A DNA stretch of 64,000 nucleotides, taken from positions 2,112,001-2,176,000 of the forward strand of contig OY781945.1 of NCBI GenBank assembly GCA_963677435.1. The letters run 5' to 3'. This DNA comes from an uncultured Aliarcobacter sp. (GTDB lineage Bacteria; Campylobacterota; Campylobacteria; Campylobacterales; Arcobacteraceae). The translations under genes were made by a program, and so were the position numbers. Below the pieces are notes generated by a model, which saw only the letters and a program-made list of their open reading frames with translations, did not search any database and had not been told where the DNA came from. Positions 40,340 to 50,403 of this stretch are shown in pieces; position 1 is the stretch's first letter, and the number at the start of each line of letters is the position of its first letter.

Positions 40340-41128
40340 ATGAAAATTATTATCTTAGCCTTTATTATTTCAATAACTCTACATTTTCTTCTATTTAAGA
40401 AGTACAAGAATGATGAATTCACAAAGAATAATCAAAAAGAAGAAAAAGTATTAAAAAAATCAGATGTTAAATTTGTAAAATTAAAAAAATTAGATCCAAT
40501 AGCAAATGAAACTATTCAAGAAAAAGTTGAACCAAAAGTAGAAAATAAAATAGAAAAAAAAGTTGAATTACCACAAGTTCAAAAAGAGATTGTAAAAAAA
40601 CAAAATTTTTCAAAACAAATTGAGAAAAAAACTAATAATAATAGGAAAATTGATGTAGAAAAATCTAAAGAATTGCAGAAAAAAGTTTTAAATGACCAAA
40701 TAGTAAATGAAAAAGAGTCTCTTCAAGATAAAACCCTAGAAGATTTTTTATCTCAAAAACAGCCTATTAATAAGGAGATTTTAAATGAACTTCAAAAATT
40801 ATATGGGGAAGAATATGATAAATTTACAAATGTTCAAAAAGCTTATTTAGAAAAAAATCTAAATAACTTTCAGACAATTACTCAAAGAGTTTTAAATAGA
40901 TTAGGTTATCCACCACTTGCAGCAAAACTTAAAATTGGTGGAGTAAATATTATAGAATTTATGTTTCATCCTGATGGAAGTATTACAGGTTTGAGAGTAA
41001 TTGACTCTTCTGGATATGCTGTTTTAGATGATTATTCTCTAGAATTAATTGAGATTGCGTATAAAGATTATCCAAAGCCACAAACATCAACGAAACTAAG
41101 ATTCAATGTACAATACAGATTATACTAA
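40340..41128 (+). CDS. TonB-family energy transducer-like protein
   Basis: N-terminal TM with SITLH (SxxxH), charged linker, C-terminal YPPLAAKL...SSGYAVLDD. Confidence 0.82.
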   Translation: MKIIILAFIISITLHFLLFKKYKNDEFTKNNQKEEKVLKKSDVKFVKLKKLDPIANETIQEKVEPKVENKIEKKVELPQVQKEIVKKQNFSKQIEKKTNNNRKIDVEKSKELQKKVLNDQIVNEKESLQDKTLEDFLSQKQPINKEILNELQKLYGEEYDKFTNVQKAYLEKNLNNFQTITQRVLNRLGYPPLAAKLKIGGVNIIEFMFHPDGSITGLRVIDSSGYAVLDDYSLELIEIAYKDYPKPQTSTKLRFNVQYRLY

Positions 41129-41136
41129 GGAAAAGA

Positions 41137-41853
41137 ATGACAACTACTGACACTAAAAACTATTTTTATAAATTATTAAATGGAAAGACATCCCTCTGGG
41201 TTGTATTTTGGTTTTGGTTTGTATTTTTAACATTTTTAATTGAAGTGTTTTTTGAAGTAATATTTATGGATAGTGTTTATGCACAAAATAGAGATAGTTA
41301 TGTTGAACTAATTATTTATATTGTAATTACCATTTATGCTATTGCCATATTTTTAACTGTATTTAGAACTGCAAATAAATATAAGGGTTTTAAATTATGG
41401 TCATTTTTATCAAAAGTTCTCGTAACAATAAACCTATTTTTTTCAATCAATTTTTTTATTGAAGTAAGTAAATTTTATTTCTATGATGATTATAGTTTAG
41501 TAAAAGAAATTGAGGGTTATAAAGAACAATTACCAATTCAAGTAGATATGAATACAACATTAGTTGATATTTACAAAGTTGAGCACACTATTCATTACAA
41601 ATACCAACTTAATGAAGTCCATTTAGAAGATGAAAATTTAAAAAATAAATTTAAAAAACAAATTCAAGATTCATTATGTGAAGATGATAGTAGTTTAGAT
41701 TTATTAAAACGAGATTATACTTTAGATTATATTTATATGGATGGAAAAGATAACGAGATTATGACTATAAAAACAGATAAAAAAGTATGTGGTAATTCAA
41801 TTTATGATTTAGATATTTTAAATGATGTGTTAAAAAAACAAGGGATAATTTAG
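41137..41853 (+). CDS. Hypothetical membrane protein with periplasmic C-terminal domain
   Basis: GKTSLWVVFW + 3 TM; LPIQVD..TTL motif; two Cys. Confidence 0.7.
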   Translation: MTTTDTKNYFYKLLNGKTSLWVVFWFWFVFLTFLIEVFFEVIFMDSVYAQNRDSYVELIIYIVITIYAIAIFLTVFRTANKYKGFKLWSFLSKVLVTINLFFSINFFIEVSKFYFYDDYSLVKEIEGYKEQLPIQVDMNTTLVDIYKVEHTIHYKYQLNEVHLEDENLKNKFKKQIQDSLCEDDSSLDLLKRDYTLDYIYMDGKDNEIMTIKTDKKVCGNSIYDLDILNDVLKKQGII

Positions 41854-41866
41854 TCTCCCTTGTTTT
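41835..41866. terminator. Probable bidirectional terminator
   Basis: AAAACAAGGGA...TCCCTTGTTTT. Confidence 0.6.
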
Positions 41867-41928
41867 ATTATTATAAATTATGGTGAAATAGCAAAAAAAT
41901 TTCTACGAGTAATCTAACTAACTTATAT

Positions 41929-43035
41929 TTATAATTTTCTTTCATAATTATATAAATTCATATACCTAAATGCTAATAAATTTTCTAAAATTGCAAATGT
42001 CACAATAAAATTAATAAATGAACTTCCACCATAAGAAAATAAAGGTAAAGGAAGCCCCACAACTGGTGCAAAACCAATAACCATTAAAATATTTACACTC
42101 ATATTAAAAAAAATCAAAAGTCCTAATCCCGAGGAGAAAACCCTTAAGACATAATCATCTTTAAAATAGTAATTCATACTAAGTAAATGCATAATAATTA
42201 ATGCATACAAAAATATCAATCCAATAGCACCTAAAAATCCATATCTTTCAACAAAATATGCAAAAATAAAATCACTTGTTGCAATCGGTAAAAATTTCAA
42301 TTGAGTTTGAGTTGCTTCTTCACTTTGTTTTCCAGTAAGTCCACCTGAACCAATTGCTATAATCGATTGTTGAACATGGTAACTTGGTTCTTCAGAAACA
42401 AAATCTGTAATTCTTTTTTTCTGATAATCTTTTATTAAATAAGTATAAATAAAAGGAGAAGAAATACCAACTACTATAAAAATAGTAGCCCAAATTTTCC
42501 AATTCACTCCAACAATAAATAAAATTCCATATCCTACTAAAAGTAAAACCATTGCTGTTCCTAAATCAGGTTCTTTTGCAATTAATAAAAATGGTAATAA
42601 TATATAAAAAGAAAAATATGTAAAATCTAAAAAACTATAACCATTTTTAGGTGGTGGTCTATGTTGTATTAAATATCCTAGCATTAAAATAAATGTAGGT
42701 TTAATTAACTCAGAGGGCTGTATTGTTGTATGTAAAAAAGGAATAGGCAGCCATCTTGTAGCTCCTAATTTTGTAACACCAACAAATTCAACGGCAAGCA
42801 ATAATATAACACTAAGCCAGTATAAAAATGGAATTATTCTGATTTTTTTTCTAATAGGTAAAATGAAAACACCAATAAATACAAAAATAGAAATTACATA
42901 ATATACTAATTGCTTATTAGCTAACCTTTCGTTTGTTTCACCAATTAAATGGTATGATAACAAGATCAAAGGTAAAACATATATTATTAACAAATAATCA
43001 AAATGGGAAATAATTCTTTTATCAAATAAACGCAT
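41929..43035 (-). CDS. rodA: SEDS family peptidoglycan polymerase RodA
   Basis: GATRW, IQPSELIK, EPDLGTA, QSIIAIGSGG, TSDFIF, LPLFSYGGSS. Confidence 0.9.
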   Translation of the reverse strand: MRLFDKRIISHFDYLLIIYVLPLILLSYHLIGETNERLANKQLVYYVISIFVFIGVFILPIRKKIRIIPFLYWLSVILLLAVEFVGVTKLGATRWLPIPFLHTTIQPSELIKPTFILMLGYLIQHRPPPKNGYSFLDFTYFSFYILLPFLLIAKEPDLGTAMVLLLVGYGILFIVGVNWKIWATIFIVVGISSPFIYTYLIKDYQKKRITDFVSEEPSYHVQQSIIAIGSGGLTGKQSEEATQTQLKFLPIATSDFIFAYFVERYGFLGAIGLIFLYALIIMHLLSMNYYFKDDYVLRVFSSGLGLLIFFNMSVNILMVIGFAPVVGLPLPLFSYGGSSFINFIVTFAILENLLAFRYMNLYNYERKL

Positions 43036-43036
43036 A

Positions 43037-44041
43037 GTGAAAGAGTATCTAAATATGGATAAAAATTTTATTGTTTTTGAAACAAATAGACTGGATAAAT
43101 TTCTTGCATTAAATATTGATGCTTCAAGGAATCAAATAGAACAATTAATCAAAAAAGAGTATGTTAAAGTAGATGGCAAGATAGTAAGTAAAACTGGCCT
43201 TAAATTAAAAGAAAATCAAAGTGTTGATGTTCACTTCCCTGAAGCTGAATTAAATCCTAAAAAAGATGAAACTTTTGTAAAAGAGTCTTTAAAAGAGAAA
43301 AATGTTGAAATCATCTATGAAGATAATGATATTTTAGTTATTAACAAACCTTATAATTTGACAGTTCATGATGCACCAAGTGTTAAAGATGCAACACTTG
43401 TTGACTGGTTAAAGCTAAATAATATTTCATTATCTACAATTAGTGGAGAAGAAAGACATGGCATTGTTCACAGACTTGATAAAGGTACAAGTGGTGTAAT
43501 GGTTGTTGCAAAAACAAATGAAGCCCATTTGGGATTATCTAAACAACTTGAAGATAAATCTATGGGAAGATATTATCTAGCAATTATTGATACACCCTTA
43601 AAAGATAATGTTGTAATTGATAAACCAATTGCTCGAAATCAAAACAATAGACTGAAAATGTCTATTGAAGAAAATGGAAGAAATGCAAAATCAGCTTTTT
43701 ATAAAATGGCATTGAGTAATAAAGAAAATTTTGAATTAATTGCTGCAAAATTATTCACAGGAAGAACTCATCAAATAAGAGTTCACTTAAGTTCGATAAA
43801 TAGGCATATATTAGGGGATAATTTATATGGTTTTAAGGGCGAATTAAATAAAATTAACAGGTTTTATTTGCATGCTTATTATCTTTATTTAACCCACCCA
43901 ATTTCTAATAAGCAAATGAGTTTCAAAGCAAATTTACCAAATGATATGAATGAATTCTTAGATAAAAATTTTCAACTGGAGAATATAAATGCCAAACTTA
44001 ATGAAAATAACATCATTAGCAACTTTAATACTTTTGCTTAA
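43037..44041 (+). CDS. rluD: RluA/RluD family pseudouridine synthase with S4 domain
   Basis: RLDKFL..SRNQI, INKP, GIVHRLDKGTSG, TGRTHQIRVH, GDNLYG. Confidence 0.88.
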   Translation: MKEYLNMDKNFIVFETNRLDKFLALNIDASRNQIEQLIKKEYVKVDGKIVSKTGLKLKENQSVDVHFPEAELNPKKDETFVKESLKEKNVEIIYEDNDILVINKPYNLTVHDAPSVKDATLVDWLKLNNISLSTISGEERHGIVHRLDKGTSGVMVVAKTNEAHLGLSKQLEDKSMGRYYLAIIDTPLKDNVVIDKPIARNQNNRLKMSIEENGRNAKSAFYKMALSNKENFELIAAKLFTGRTHQIRVHLSSINRHILGDNLYGFKGELNKINRFYLHAYYLYLTHPISNKQMSFKANLPNDMNEFLDKNFQLENINAKLNENNIISNFNTFA

Positions 44042-45032
44042 TGGGTGTACAAATATAATTGATACTTTAAATCCTGCTACAAATCCAAAAGTAGATAATA
44101 GTATAGAAGTTGTAAATTATAGCTCAATTAAATCTATTCCTGATATGGCAAATATTGGATTTGAATGGGAAAAAGTTGATGATCCAAGAGTAATTGGTTA
44201 TAATTTTTATAGAACAGAAATTGATAAAGGTTCAAAAGAATTAAAACTTATTAAATCAATTGATAATAAATATGCAACACACTATGTTGATAAAGGTTTA
44301 GAGCCAAAAACAAGATACGCTTATCAAATTTCTTCAAGAATAGATGGTGGAATTGAATCAAAAACAACTGATGCTTATATTGTTCAAACTCTTCCAAGAA
44401 TAGTACCTATTGATTTTGTTCAAGCAATATCTAATTTACCTCATAGTGTAAAATTATTATGGCGACCACATCCTGACAAAAGAGTTGGATATTATAGAAT
44501 TGAAAAATACAATACTTTTTTAAATGAATGGATTCTTTTAAAAACAATAAGTCAAAGATTACAAGCTGAATATCTTGATACTGGTTTAGATAATAATACA
44601 AGTTATAAGTATAGAATTAAAGCTTTTAGTTTTGATGATGTTGAATCAGCACCAAGTAAAGTTGTTATTGCAAAAACAAAACCTCTTCCTCAAGTGCCTT
44701 TAAATATAAAAGCATCAAATAATCAAAATAAAGAGATTATATTAAATTGGGATGCTTCACCAACGCCAGATGTTGTTAAATATGCAATATACAGAAGTGA
44801 TTTCAGTTTACTTGGTTATTCAAAAATAAAAGAAGTAGATGCAAATACTCATCAATTTATTGATAAAACTGAAAATAGTGGAAAAAGTTATTATTATAAA
44901 ATAATAGCTATTGATAAAGATGGTTTAGAAAGTGATACAAACTGGGTTCAAGGTATAAGTTTGAATACCCTTTCTAATCCAAGTTCAAACTTAGCTTTGT
45001 TTGAACAAAATAATGCTAATACAAAATCATAA
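43989..45032 (+). CDS. Fibronectin type III repeat lipoprotein (FlpA-like)
   Basis: Lipobox LLNGC; three FN3 repeats (GLEPKTRYAYQI, GLDNNTSYKYRI, GKSYYYKIIAIDKDGLES). Confidence 0.87.
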   Translation: MPNLMKITSLATLILLLNGCTNIIDTLNPATNPKVDNSIEVVNYSSIKSIPDMANIGFEWEKVDDPRVIGYNFYRTEIDKGSKELKLIKSIDNKYATHYVDKGLEPKTRYAYQISSRIDGGIESKTTDAYIVQTLPRIVPIDFVQAISNLPHSVKLLWRPHPDKRVGYYRIEKYNTFLNEWILLKTISQRLQAEYLDTGLDNNTSYKYRIKAFSFDDVESAPSKVVIAKTKPLPQVPLNIKASNNQNKEIILNWDASPTPDVVKYAIYRSDFSLLGYSKIKEVDANTHQFIDKTENSGKSYYYKIIAIDKDGLESDTNWVQGISLNTLSNPSSNLALFEQNNANTKS

Positions 45033-45055
45033 AAAATTAAATCATAAGAAGATAA

Positions 45056-46249
45056 ATGCCACATATAGTATTTGAAAAAAAAGAGTTGATTATTACTCCA
45101 TCACAAAAAGATGGAGTAAATTTTAAGTTTATTGCAAAATCATATAATTTCACAGAAAAAGTAAGAAGAACTGAATATAAAATTGCATTAGAAAATGAAA
45201 ATAAAGAGTTTTTATTATCACTAAAACCAAAAGATGACAATTTTATGGTTAAAGCGGATAAAGTAACTAGGATTTCACCTGTAACTTTAGTTAAAAATGC
45301 TTTAAATGCCTATGTAAATTTAAATGAAGCAAAAGTACTATTTTCAAACACAAATAATCTTAAATTTAAAGAAGAAACAAAAAACAGATATTTAAAAGAT
45401 ATTAACTATTTTGTTGATGAATTTAACACTGACAAAGAGATTCAAATAGAGATTGGGTTTGGAAGTGGTAGACATCTTTTACACCAAGCAAAAGCAAATC
45501 CTAATATTCAATTTATTGGTCTTGAAATTCATTATCCCTCAATTGAACAACTTCTAAAACAACTAGAGATTCAAAATATTACAAATGTATTAGTTGTAAA
45601 TTATGATGCAAGACTTTTTATGGAGTTTATTGAATCAAATAAAGTTGGAAAGATATTTGTACATTTCCCTGTTCCTTGGGATAAAAAACCACATAGAAGA
45701 ATATATTCAAATGAGTTTGTAAATGAAGCGCTAAGAGTTCTTAAAATTTCAGGAACACTGGAGCTTAGAACTGACAGTAGAAAATATTTTGATTACTGTA
45801 CAGAACTTCTTACAAATCTGCCAAAAGGAAGAATTACTATTGATATTAATAAAGATTTAGCAGTATCTAGTAAATATGAAGACAGATGGAAAAAACAGGG
45901 TAAAAACATTTATGATGTAGTTTTAGAAGCACAAAACAATGATGAAAATATTAATTTAAATTTTAACTTTTCTTTTGATTTTAAAATTGATTTTAATAAA
46001 ATATTAGTAACAATTCCTACAAAATCAATAATTGAGAGTAATTACTTTATCCATGTTGAAGAGCTTTATACTATTGAAGGCTCTTATAATTCTGGACTTA
46101 TAAAAATAACAATGGGAAATTTTGATAGACCTGTAACTAAATATTTATATGTAAATGAAGGTGCGATTTCATATTATCAAGGAAACCCTCTTCCTACAAG
46201 TTCAAATATAAATGCTCATGAAAAATTAAAAGAGATTTTAACTAAATGA
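45056..46249 (+). CDS. trmB: tRNA (guanine-N7)-methyltransferase, long Campylobacterota form
   Basis: IEIGFGSGRHL, FIGLEIH, VHFPVPWDKKPHRR, LRTDS. Confidence 0.93.
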   Translation: MPHIVFEKKELIITPSQKDGVNFKFIAKSYNFTEKVRRTEYKIALENENKEFLLSLKPKDDNFMVKADKVTRISPVTLVKNALNAYVNLNEAKVLFSNTNNLKFKEETKNRYLKDINYFVDEFNTDKEIQIEIGFGSGRHLLHQAKANPNIQFIGLEIHYPSIEQLLKQLEIQNITNVLVVNYDARLFMEFIESNKVGKIFVHFPVPWDKKPHRRIYSNEFVNEALRVLKISGTLELRTDSRKYFDYCTELLTNLPKGRITIDINKDLAVSSKYEDRWKKQGKNIYDVVLEAQNNDENINLNFNFSFDFKIDFNKILVTIPTKSIIESNYFIHVEELYTIEGSYNSGLIKITMGNFDRPVTKYLYVNEGAISYYQGNPLPTSSNINAHEKLKEILTK

Positions 46250-46908
46250 TAGAAGCAAAAAATATTTATCTTTCATATGATGATAATAAATATATTATAA
46301 AAAAAGGGAACTTTTCTATAAAACCTAAAGAGTTTATATTTATAGGTGGAAACTCAGGAAGTGGAAAATCAACACTTTTAAAATCATTTTATGGGGATAT
46401 TCCTTTAAAACATGGAAGCTTAAAGATAGAGAATCAAGAAGTTTTTGGAATTAGAGGCAAAAAGTTAAGAGTTTTAAGAAAAGATATTGGTATTATTTTT
46501 CAAGATTATAAATTAATAAATGAATATACAATTGAAGAAAATATTATGATTCCTCTTAAAATCAATGGTTATTCAGATGAAATATCAAAAGATCAGGCAA
46601 ATAAACTTTTAGCTCATGTTAGACTTTCACACCGATCTGGTTATTACCCAAATGAACTAAGTGGTGGAGAACAACAAAGAGTTGCAGTTGCAAGGGCACT
46701 TGCTCATAATCCAAAAATAATTATTGCGGATGAACCAACTGGAAATCTTGATGATTATTCAGCGGAAGTTGTATGGAATTTATTAAAAGGTGCAAATGAG
46801 CAATTAGGAATTACTATTGTTGTTGTAACTCACAGAGTTCCTAAAAATCTTGGTATTAAATTCAGACAATTATCTATTGAGGATGGAATTATTTATGAAG
46901 TTTCTTAA
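46246..46908 (+). CDS. ftsE: Cell division ATP-binding protein FtsE
   Basis: GNSGSGKSTLL, IGIIFQDYKLI, LSGGEQQRVAVARA, ADEPTGNLD; precedes ftsX. Confidence 0.92.
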   Translation: MIEAKNIYLSYDDNKYIIKKGNFSIKPKEFIFIGGNSGSGKSTLLKSFYGDIPLKHGSLKIENQEVFGIRGKKLRVLRKDIGIIFQDYKLINEYTIEENIMIPLKINGYSDEISKDQANKLLAHVRLSHRSGYYPNELSGGEQQRVAVARALAHNPKIIIADEPTGNLDDYSAEVVWNLLKGANEQLGITIVVVTHRVPKNLGIKFRQLSIEDGIIYEVS

Positions 46909-47713
46909 AAATGTATTTGCTTTTTTAATTCCATTACTTTCTATGTTGATAGCTTTTTCTATATTTTTATTAATAAATAATGTAGTTGATAATTATAAAA
47001 CAAAAATATCTAGGGATTATTCTATAGTTATTGTTACTACTTTACCATTAGAAAAAGATGCTATTAAAGAATTAGCAGGTATAAAAGTTGAAAGAATACA
47101 GAATTTGCCAAATGATAAAATTATTTCTAGTATAAAGTCTAATTTATCTGATACTTCTATTGAATTATTGAAACAAAAATTACCAAATTTTTATCAAATT
47201 TATTTAGAAATATTTCCAACAAGTAGTGAACTTGATGACATAAAAGAAACATTATTACAAAATAAAAATATTAGAAAAGTTGAAGTTTTTTATAAAAATC
47301 ACAACCAAATATATTTACTTTTGCTTTTATTAAATACGGTCTCTTTTATTTTATTTTTCATAATTGCACTTTTTGCAATAATAATTATTGCAAAGCAAAT
47401 AAAATTATGGTTCCATGAACAAAATGTAAAAATATCAATTTTAAGACTACATGGAGCATCTATTTTATATAGTGCATCATCTATTTTAAATTATGCAATG
47501 CTAAGTTCTTTATTATCTTTTTTAATATCAGCTGCATTTTTATATTATGTTTCAAATAATATGACTGTATTATTTCCTATTGAACTTCATGAAATAGTAG
47601 ATATTAATATAAATATATTTGTTGAATTAATGAAGATATTTTTATTATCATTTTCTATTTCAATATTTACAATATTTGGTGTATTATTAAAATATAAGAT
47701 AAATAATGATTAA
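46895..47713 (+). CDS. ftsX: Cell division permease FtsX
   Basis: 1+3 TM topology, ISILRLHGAS motif, follows ftsE. Confidence 0.85.
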   Translation: MKFLKNVFAFLIPLLSMLIAFSIFLLINNVVDNYKTKISRDYSIVIVTTLPLEKDAIKELAGIKVERIQNLPNDKIISSIKSNLSDTSIELLKQKLPNFYQIYLEIFPTSSELDDIKETLLQNKNIRKVEVFYKNHNQIYLLLLLLNTVSFILFFIIALFAIIIIAKQIKLWFHEQNVKISILRLHGASILYSASSILNYAMLSSLLSFLISAAFLYYVSNNMTVLFPIELHEIVDININIFVELMKIFLLSFSISIFTIFGVLLKYKINND

Positions 47714-49028
47714 ACAATTTTTCGTATTAAGTATATGTTTAAGCACTATTTTTGGTGCATCAAGCTCTAGTATTGACAAAAAAATACAAAAAAATAAAGA
47801 AATATTAGATTCAACAGATGATAAAAAACAAAATACTGCACTAAAACTAAAAGATTTAGCTGATAAAATTGAATCTCAAAATGAAAATATTACTAATCTT
47901 GAAAAAGATATAAAACAGATAAATTCAGATATAGAAGAACATCAAAAAATGCTTGAAGAATCAAAAAGTAAGTTAGATGAACTACAATCTAAATCTTCTC
48001 AATTAATAAAAGAAAAAACTACTAGTGAAGAACAAATTGTTGATACTATAATTGAAGAGTTTTCTGTTTCAATAGCATTAAAATTAGTTTCAGAAGACAG
48101 TTTACAAGAGTTAATTGATAATGAAATTTATACTCTATTATCACAACATTCAAAGGAAAAAGTTTCAAAATTAAATACAAACTATAGTACTTTATATGCA
48201 AATACAAAGAATAATCAAAAAGATATAGAAAAAATTGCTTCATACATAGAAGATAGACAAAAAACTAAAAATAAACTTACTAGTTTAAGAGAAAAACATA
48301 CAAATTCTTTAGCTAATTTAGAACAACAACATAAATCTTACCAAGAAGAATTAAATAAAGTTGCAAAAGAGCAAGAATCTTTAAAAAATCTTCTTTCAGA
48401 ATTAAATATTTTAAAAGAAGAAGAGATAAAAAAAGCTGAAAGAGAAGCTGAAGATAAAAGAAGAAAATTACAAGAACTTTTAGCTCAGAAAAAATCTTCA
48501 TCGCAAAAAACAGCTGAAGATGATGTTCCCGAAGATGAAATTCAAACATCAGATGTTAGAAATCAAAGATATGCAAAAACTTTAAATTTAGATGTAAGAA
48601 AAATTGGTTCTTCAACAGAAGGAATTACAATTATAAAATATAAGGGACCAAAAACTATTGCTCCTTTAAAATCGTTCAAAGTCGTAAAAAACTTTGGAAC
48701 ATATTACGATCCAGTTTATAAAATCAAATTATTTAATGAATCAATAGTTTTAAAAAGTGATGAACCAAAAGCAAAAGTTGTTTCTGTTTTAAATGGAAAA
48801 GTAGTTTATGCTAAAAAAAATGCAGGAATGCTTGATAATGTTGTTATTATTCAACATGAAGGAGGACTTCATACTATTTATTCACATTTAGATGAGATTT
48901 CTCCTACTTTAGTTGTTGGAAAATGGATACAACAAGGTTATGTTGTAGGACGAGTAAATGATACTTTAATGTTCCAAGCAACAAAAGATTCATCACATAT
49001 TGACCCAAAAGATTTATTTAGAATATGA
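47706..49028 (+). CDS. envC: EnvC-like murein hydrolase activator (coiled coil + degenerate M23)
   Basis: Signal peptide, long coiled coil, LytM-like domain with NESIVL instead of HxxxD and HTIYSHL. Confidence 0.82.
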   Translation: MIKQFFVLSICLSTIFGASSSSIDKKIQKNKEILDSTDDKKQNTALKLKDLADKIESQNENITNLEKDIKQINSDIEEHQKMLEESKSKLDELQSKSSQLIKEKTTSEEQIVDTIIEEFSVSIALKLVSEDSLQELIDNEIYTLLSQHSKEKVSKLNTNYSTLYANTKNNQKDIEKIASYIEDRQKTKNKLTSLREKHTNSLANLEQQHKSYQEELNKVAKEQESLKNLLSELNILKEEEIKKAEREAEDKRRKLQELLAQKKSSSQKTAEDDVPEDEIQTSDVRNQRYAKTLNLDVRKIGSSTEGITIIKYKGPKTIAPLKSFKVVKNFGTYYDPVYKIKLFNESIVLKSDEPKAKVVSVLNGKVVYAKKNAGMLDNVVIIQHEGGLHTIYSHLDEISPTLVVGKWIQQGYVVGRVNDTLMFQATKDSSHIDPKDLFRI

Positions 49029-49477
49029 TAGTTTTTATTGATGGTGATGCCTTTCCTAATCTGTTAAAACCAATAATTTTAAGAGCTATTGAAAAACAAA
49101 AATTAGATACAATTGTAATTGCAAATAAAAAAATCAATATAGGTGATTCTAATTATATTAAATATATAATAGTAAACCAAGGTGCAGATGAAGCTGATGA
49201 TAAAATTGTTGAGATGTTAAATGAAAATGATTTAGTAATTACAGCAGATATTCCATTAGCAAATAGAACTATAGAAAAAAATGCCCATGCAATTGATCAT
49301 AGAGGTGCTATGTACACAGAAGATAACATCAAACAATATCTTGCAATTAGAAATCTAATGCAAGATATAAGAGATAGTGGAGAGATGACAAAAGGCCCTG
49401 CTGCTTTTTCTCAAAAAGATGCTCAACAGTTTGCAAACTCTTTAAATAGCTTTTTGCAAAAATATAATAAAAATTAA
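49025..49477 (+). CDS. YaiI/YqxD (DUF188) family protein
   Basis: FIDGDAFP, GADEADDKI, DLVITADIPLA. Confidence 0.9.
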   Translation: MIVFIDGDAFPNLLKPIILRAIEKQKLDTIVIANKKINIGDSNYIKYIIVNQGADEADDKIVEMLNENDLVITADIPLANRTIEKNAHAIDHRGAMYTEDNIKQYLAIRNLMQDIRDSGEMTKGPAAFSQKDAQQFANSLNSFLQKYNKN

Positions 49478-49486
49478 GGATTTACC

Positions 49487-50365
49487 ATTATTTTAATAGA
49501 CCAATCAACAAAAAATCAATTCAGAATTTTTTGTACTGAAAACAAAATCACAGATATGGAAATAGCCGTTCAATACTTTATAGTATTTGGTGGATTGAAT
49601 ATAAAAATAGATACAACAAAACCTCTACTTGAGTTAATAGAAAAACATATTTTAAATGAATATACAAATTTAAGATATGAAATTAACTCTATTAGTGGTG
49701 GATATAAAGTTGACCATGCAATTTTAACAGGAATTGCTCAAGGTGACAGAAGAACAAACTCATCTTTTAAAAGAGCCTTTGTAAGCTTTGAAGAGGGAAT
49801 GAAATGTGTTGAAAAACTTGTAGATAGAGGATTAATAGAAATTGAATCTTCTCAACATCACTTAGCTAAAAAAAGAGGTGATGATAAAATTTCTAAAAAA
49901 CTTCTTTTTACTACACCATTTTTAAGATTTTGGTTTGCTTTTGTATCTCCTATTTATAAAGGAATCAAAGAGAAAAACTATAAAGAGTTTTATGAACTTT
50001 ATGAAAATAAACAAGCTGAATTTGGAAACTTTATTTTTGAAGAGTTATCTATGGAATATTTAAGAGATACTTTTGTCGAAGATCCAGTTAAACAATTTGG
50101 TAAATATTGGGATGAAAAAGTTGAAATAGATTTAGTAGCAAAAACTACCTCTGGAAAGATCATCGCAGGAAGTTGCAAATATATAAATTCTAAACTAAAG
50201 AAAAATGAACTAAATAAATTAATAGAAGATTGTAAATCGATTGATTTAAATGTAGATACTTTTGTAATATTTAGTAAAAATGGCTTTTCAAATGAGTTAA
50301 AATCACAAAAAAGTGAAACTCTTAGACTATTTACACCTAAAAGTTTTAAGCTCTTATTGGCTTAA
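49487..50365 (+). CDS. DUF234-like protein (winged helix + PD-(D/E)xK-like C-terminus); probable ATT start at 49487, first ATG at 49556
   Basis: PFLRFWFAFV, FEEL, YWDEKVEIDLV...GSCKY, FSKNGFS; frame is open back to an ATT 6 nt after AAGGA. Confidence 0.75.
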   Translation: MILIDQSTKNQFRIFCTENKITDMEIAVQYFIVFGGLNIKIDTTKPLLELIEKHILNEYTNLRYEINSISGGYKVDHAILTGIAQGDRRTNSSFKRAFVSFEEGMKCVEKLVDRGLIEIESSQHHLAKKRGDDKISKKLLFTTPFLRFWFAFVSPIYKGIKEKNYKEFYELYENKQAEFGNFIFEELSMEYLRDTFVEDPVKQFGKYWDEKVEIDLVAKTTSGKIIAGSCKYINSKLKKNELNKLIEDCKSIDLNVDTFVIFSKNGFSNELKSQKSETLRLFTPKSFKLLLA

Positions 50366-50403
50366 AACTCTTTTTGAGTAAAAAAAGTATAAGCTAAAAT
50401 AGC

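Noticed and set aside
43989..45032. FN3 lipoprotein as a horizontally acquired adhesin
   Set aside because: Lies in the conserved rluA-FN3-trmB-ftsEX-envC context typical of this phylum.
47706..49028. M23 domain lacking zinc ligands as a possible pseudogene or novelty
   Set aside because: Degenerate LytM is the normal state of EnvC downstream of ftsEX.
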